From: Escherichia coli
GTDB lineage: Bacteria; Pseudomonadota; Gammaproteobacteria; Enterobacterales; Enterobacteriaceae
Direction: 5' to 3' (one strand)
Assembly: GCF_030384885.1 (NCBI RefSeq)
Contig: NZ_CP128614.1
Length of the DNA stretch: 64,000 nucleotides
Shown: positions 60,729 through 64,000 of the stretch, piece after piece
Layout: every line of letters starts with the position of its first letter
How positions within the stretch are numbered: the first letter of the stretch is position 1
Position numbers and translations under genes: made by a program
Notes under the pieces: model-generated
The model's input: only the letters and a program-made list of their open reading frames with translations
What the model was told of the DNA's origin: nothing
The model's database searches: none

Positions 60729-60739
60729 AAAGTAACTTT
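60729..60739. promoter_or_regulatory. palindromic motif AAAGTAACTTT, copy 9
   Basis: 171 bp upstream of the gene starting at 60558. Confidence 0.5.
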
Positions 60740-60965
60740 TGTGCAGCTCATAAATTTTATTTATTAGTTACGTTCCTTTGTCTTGTGGTCGAAGTTCATC
60801 AGGCGAGGCCTAAGAAGAATATGTGTGGTTTCAGCCAATGCGGTGATCGGGCATTATAATTTGGTCGGGCTATTATACGTGGGTAAAGGTAGTGGTAGGG
60901 AGAGGATCAGGTTAAATTGCATTTTCCCGGTTGCCTTCCCTGGCCTACCGGTTTCAGGTCAGACG

Positions 60966-62009
60966 CTAAGACCAGCGGTAATACTTAAAGTAGTCCTCAT
61001 TTACAGCCAAAAACTCCCTTAAACCGTTCATTAATCCCTTTTCAAACGCTGTAACGATAAACCGGTATCCGTCCAGTGTTTCAATGTAGTAGATCCCGCC
61101 CGGTGTTATTCCAACATGCAACACCTCGGCTGTCATCATAAACTGGCCTTCCGGAAAATCATGCGACAGGTATATAAAACCCGTCGTGGCCGGTGCGGGT
61201 GTGGCATTCACTAAGACACCGTTAAACTGCTGCCCGTGCCTCGCCGGTACAAGCTCACTTCCCCTGGTTGACTTATCGAGCAGCCCCTTAACATCTTTTT
61301 GCTCTTTAGATGAGGTATAGCCCCGCACATCACTCCCATCACCTGGGCGAGAGCCGGTGCCGACATGTGCAAGACGACGGTAAGCGCTGCGCATATTGAT
61401 GTGGCAGGATGCCCCGGCTCTACCCTGAAGCCTTACGCCAAAATCTTCGCAAAGTAATAAAATCTGACGTAGCTGGTGTTCATACACGGACGCAGAAAGT
61501 GAAAGGTTGAAACTGGAAAAGGTCAGTTCTAAAACCTTTTCCCGTTTGTCATTGAAATGTGCTTCCAGCCTGATGATTGGCTTTTCCGACATTGCAAAAG
61601 CTTTGTCCGTTGCTCTGTACCGGCATTCATCTCCGAAACATTCTTCAACAACGCTGGCTATAACCGTGTCGTGATCGCCATCTTCCGGAGCTGGCACAAA
61701 GATTTCAAATTGTGCCGGTGTCTCCGGCTCCAGCAGAACGGGATATAAACGCGGAGAATTAAGCAATGCGCATTCAGAATTAATGAGCTTAACCCAGGCG
61801 CTTTTGTCGTCCGGATCCTTAAGCTGCTGTCCAAGGTTATCGCAAAAGTCTACTATCTGACGGGTATGCTCATCCGTGACTGCACAGATCAGGTTAAGAC
61901 CATGCGTGGCCATACTCAATTCCCGGGTTCGGGACTGGGAATTGATCGACCAGGGGTTAAGTGAAAGCGAAATAGGGCTTATGGAAGGGACGACCGTCTC
62001 ATTCTGCAA
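60966..62009 (-). CDS. hypothetical protein downstream of the HigB-like gene
   Basis: 347-aa ORF, 146 bp downstream of the HigB-like toxin gene on the same strand; no HTH recognised. Confidence 0.5.
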   Translation of the reverse strand: MQNETVVPSISPISLSLNPWSINSQSRTRELSMATHGLNLICAVTDEHTRQIVDFCDNLGQQLKDPDDKSAWVKLINSECALLNSPRLYPVLLEPETPAQFEIFVPAPEDGDHDTVIASVVEECFGDECRYRATDKAFAMSEKPIIRLEAHFNDKREKVLELTFSSFNLSLSASVYEHQLRQILLLCEDFGVRLQGRAGASCHINMRSAYRRLAHVGTGSRPGDGSDVRGYTSSKEQKDVKGLLDKSTRGSELVPARHGQQFNGVLVNATPAPATTGFIYLSHDFPEGQFMMTAEVLHVGITPGGIYYIETLDGYRFIVTAFEKGLMNGLREFLAVNEDYFKYYRWS

Positions 62010-62155
62010 ATCTGTAAGCTGGCAGTTCGCAGTAGGCTTCGGGGAAAGGGTACTAAATATGTAACTTGCCTATTGTTTAGTACTGGCCTGGATATAAAAC
62101 ATCGCGTCCATGCTTGTATCCCGGGATGAAATTGAAAATAGCTTCATTTTTAACC

Positions 62156-62452
62156 TTAATGGATGAGCGATTTATAGTCATGTGCTGACAAATGGACATT
62201 ATGTGCGCCATCATTCCATTCAAAGAATAATCGATACTTAGAGTTTACTCGAATGGAGGAATAACGGTTTGACGTCATTCTTAAGCGTTCATAACGCAAG
62301 CTGTTGGATAATAACTCCCGCTCACTCTGGACATTATCCAGCGTTTCGAGTCGACACAGAATCGCGTTAATAATTTCAGAAGGAATACCTGCCGTTGTTT
62401 TTCCATTACGGAAGAACTTTTCAAGCCGTCTGTCTTTAAATGAATGGATCAT
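62156..62452 (-). CDS. HigB-family (RelE/ParE superfamily) toxin-like protein
   Basis: 98-aa ORF; pattern MIxSFKDxxLEKFFxxGxxxGIP...YSSIRVNxKYRLFFEWxDG...HDY matches the recalled killer-protein HigB family. Confidence 0.55.
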   Translation of the reverse strand: MIHSFKDRRLEKFFRNGKTTAGIPSEIINAILCRLETLDNVQSERELLSNSLRYERLRMTSNRYSSIRVNSKYRLFFEWNDGAHNVHLSAHDYKSLIH

Positions 62453-62501
62453 AGTTCCTCCGTAATAATTGACCTTAAAATTAAATTAAAAGGGCTTTGA
62501 A

Positions 62502-62972
62502 TTAATGAATCCCTAAAATGCGGGCGGCGACTGCCAGCTGCTTATCACTTAACTGACGCTGGTGGGTTAAAGAAGACTTAAGGCTTTCCAGAAAATTATT
62601 ACTGCTGGATTGCTGGGTGATTGCATCAACCATTTTTTGATGAGATCTGCACCATGCATTGAACGCAGAGTTGTGGGCGTTTTCAGTCCTCAAACGCTCG
62701 TTTTGCAAGGATGCTGACACTTTGCGGGCAGCTTGAGCATTAATGCGGTACAGCGCATTCAGCGTGTAAGCAGTGCGGGTCGTTTCGAGGCTGTAACCCG
62801 TGGCTTTACAAGCCATACAGCGACTTCTATAAAAATGCTTACGCTCTCCCCGACCATTGCATTTATCGCAAAGAATACGAAAAGTATATTCCGCAGTACC
62901 TTTTACAGAATCAACACAGCGGATTTTTGCGCTGGAGATTTCAATTCCACTGCGATCATAATATTTGGTCAT
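62502..62972 (-). CDS. hypothetical protein with a CxxC zinc-ribbon-like motif
   Basis: 156-aa ORF with CDKCNGRG...CMACKATG. Confidence 0.45.
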   Translation of the reverse strand: MTKYYDRSGIEISSAKIRCVDSVKGTAEYTFRILCDKCNGRGERKHFYRSRCMACKATGYSLETTRTAYTLNALYRINAQAARKVSASLQNERLRTENAHNSAFNAWCRSHQKMVDAITQQSSSNNFLESLKSSLTHQRQLSDKQLAVAARILGIH

Positions 62973-63406
62973 AATGTGATTCCTCCGGTTAGTTCTGGAG
63001 TAATCATGACAGAATGAATCTACTGGCTAATAACCTGAGAGTAAATATTTTAAAAAAACATTGAGAGAGGGTCTGCAAATTTATACACGAAGGATTCAAA
63101 TATAATTTTGTTTAAAAAATTAAGAGCATTCTGAAGTAAAAGTGCATCAAAAAGCATTCATGGATAAATCATGTACTGGTGCCAGCCATTTAAACGCGGG
63201 CATTGTTCCGGAGTGATTAAACGGTTTAGCATCATAGATTAAAACCAAAAGGAAGGCGTCCTTCCCGTCTCGGGAATATTACTTTCCCGTTTGCAATTTA
63301 AGAGCCACTTAATGAGAAAGTAATAATTAAGTCATGCTCAACTCTACATATTACATTGAGGATGGCGTAACAGGGTACGGCATACTACCGCACCCTTCTG
63401 AAGAGC

Positions 63407-63814
63407 TTATGTTTGAGGGAATTCTATAGCAAATGTGGCCGTGCCAGATTGACCACTTACAGCGGGAGTAACGGGATACGTGCGCTCTTCACCATTACCA
63501 AGATCCAGTGACAGCGATTTAGTTTCACCAGGCTGGACCGTAACTCCGGCAACCGTAACGCCGAACTGGGCATTTTTCTGAACAGTCAGGGTTCCGTTTA
63601 ACTGTCCGGTAATGATAGAACCGTCCTGACGCCGCAACACACTGGTTCGGATGATGGCCAGCGGCGTGTTGTCCGTTGCTTTCAGTGCTACGGCTGTGGC
63701 CAGCGTCTTGAGATTATCCAGCATAATCAGATTCGCAGGCTGGTAGGTAAAATTAAGCGTTTTAGTGGTCCGGTTACCTGATTCGTCAATAGCCAGTGCC
63801 TCCAGATGATACAT
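63407..63814 (-). CDS. C-terminal part of a larger Thr/Gly-rich beta-type surface or tail-like protein (partial)
   Basis: 135-aa ORF rich in T, G, V and Q; an overlapping minus-strand ORF in another frame (63727..63921) suggests the gene extends toward the window edge or is frameshifted. Confidence 0.3.
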   Translation of the reverse strand: MYHLEALAIDESGNRTTKTLNFTYQPANLIMLDNLKTLATAVALKATDNTPLAIIRTSVLRRQDGSIITGQLNGTLTVQKNAQFGVTVAGVTVQPGETKSLSLDLGNGEERTYPVTPAVSGQSGTATFAIEFPQT

Positions 63815-64000
63815 CTGTCCCGATTCGTCAGTGTTGGGGAAGATTCTGGGGTATTCCGGAATAAAGACATCCTTGGATAACGGCGTGAATGCCAGGGTGA
63901 CCTTTTCAGAGTTAGGTCCACCAGCGAGCTGAAGCGATGTCAGGGAAGCATCCCCAGAGGCATCAGTAACGCTTATGCGAAGGTTCTCAAGCCCTTTAAC

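Noticed and set aside
1-64000. CRISPR arrays, rRNA and tRNA genes
   Set aside because: No regularly spaced direct repeats, no rRNA-like conserved stretches and no convincing cloverleaf were found by eye; a tRNAscan or Infernal run would be needed to exclude tRNA or tmRNA fragments at the island edges.

Overview
This 64-kb window reads as part of an Escherichia-type integrative conjugative element or genomic island; the host guess rests on recognising IS186 and IS150, and nothing here could be searched against a database. It opens with a conjugative-transfer module on the + strand (MobH/HD-type relaxase, coupling protein TraD, S49-type peptidase, NERD protein). From about 10 kb on, nearly everything is on the - strand: many small hypothetical cargo genes, a ParB-like protein, a hok toxin gene bracketed by IS186 and IS150, an HNH nuclease, two DNA methyltransferases and a HigB-like toxin. 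Nested at about 33.2-53.4 kb is a roughly 20-kb defence island: an AT-rich pair (multi-Cys Zn-ribbon protein and a 4TM-nucleotidyltransferase fusion), a complete type II CBASS operon (capV-dncV-cap2-cap3), a HipB-like HTH gene, an XRE regulator divergent from an unknown-protein/SF2-helicase operon, and three tandem recombinase-like genes. Complementary fragments of a PAPS-reductase-family gene sit on either side of this block. The most unusual signal is a palindromic motif, AAAGTWACTTT, present in at least 9 copies, each 90-220 bp upstream of the first gene of a minus-strand unit. No CRISPR array, rRNA or convincing tRNA was seen. All family assignments are from motifs read by eye and recalled family signatures.
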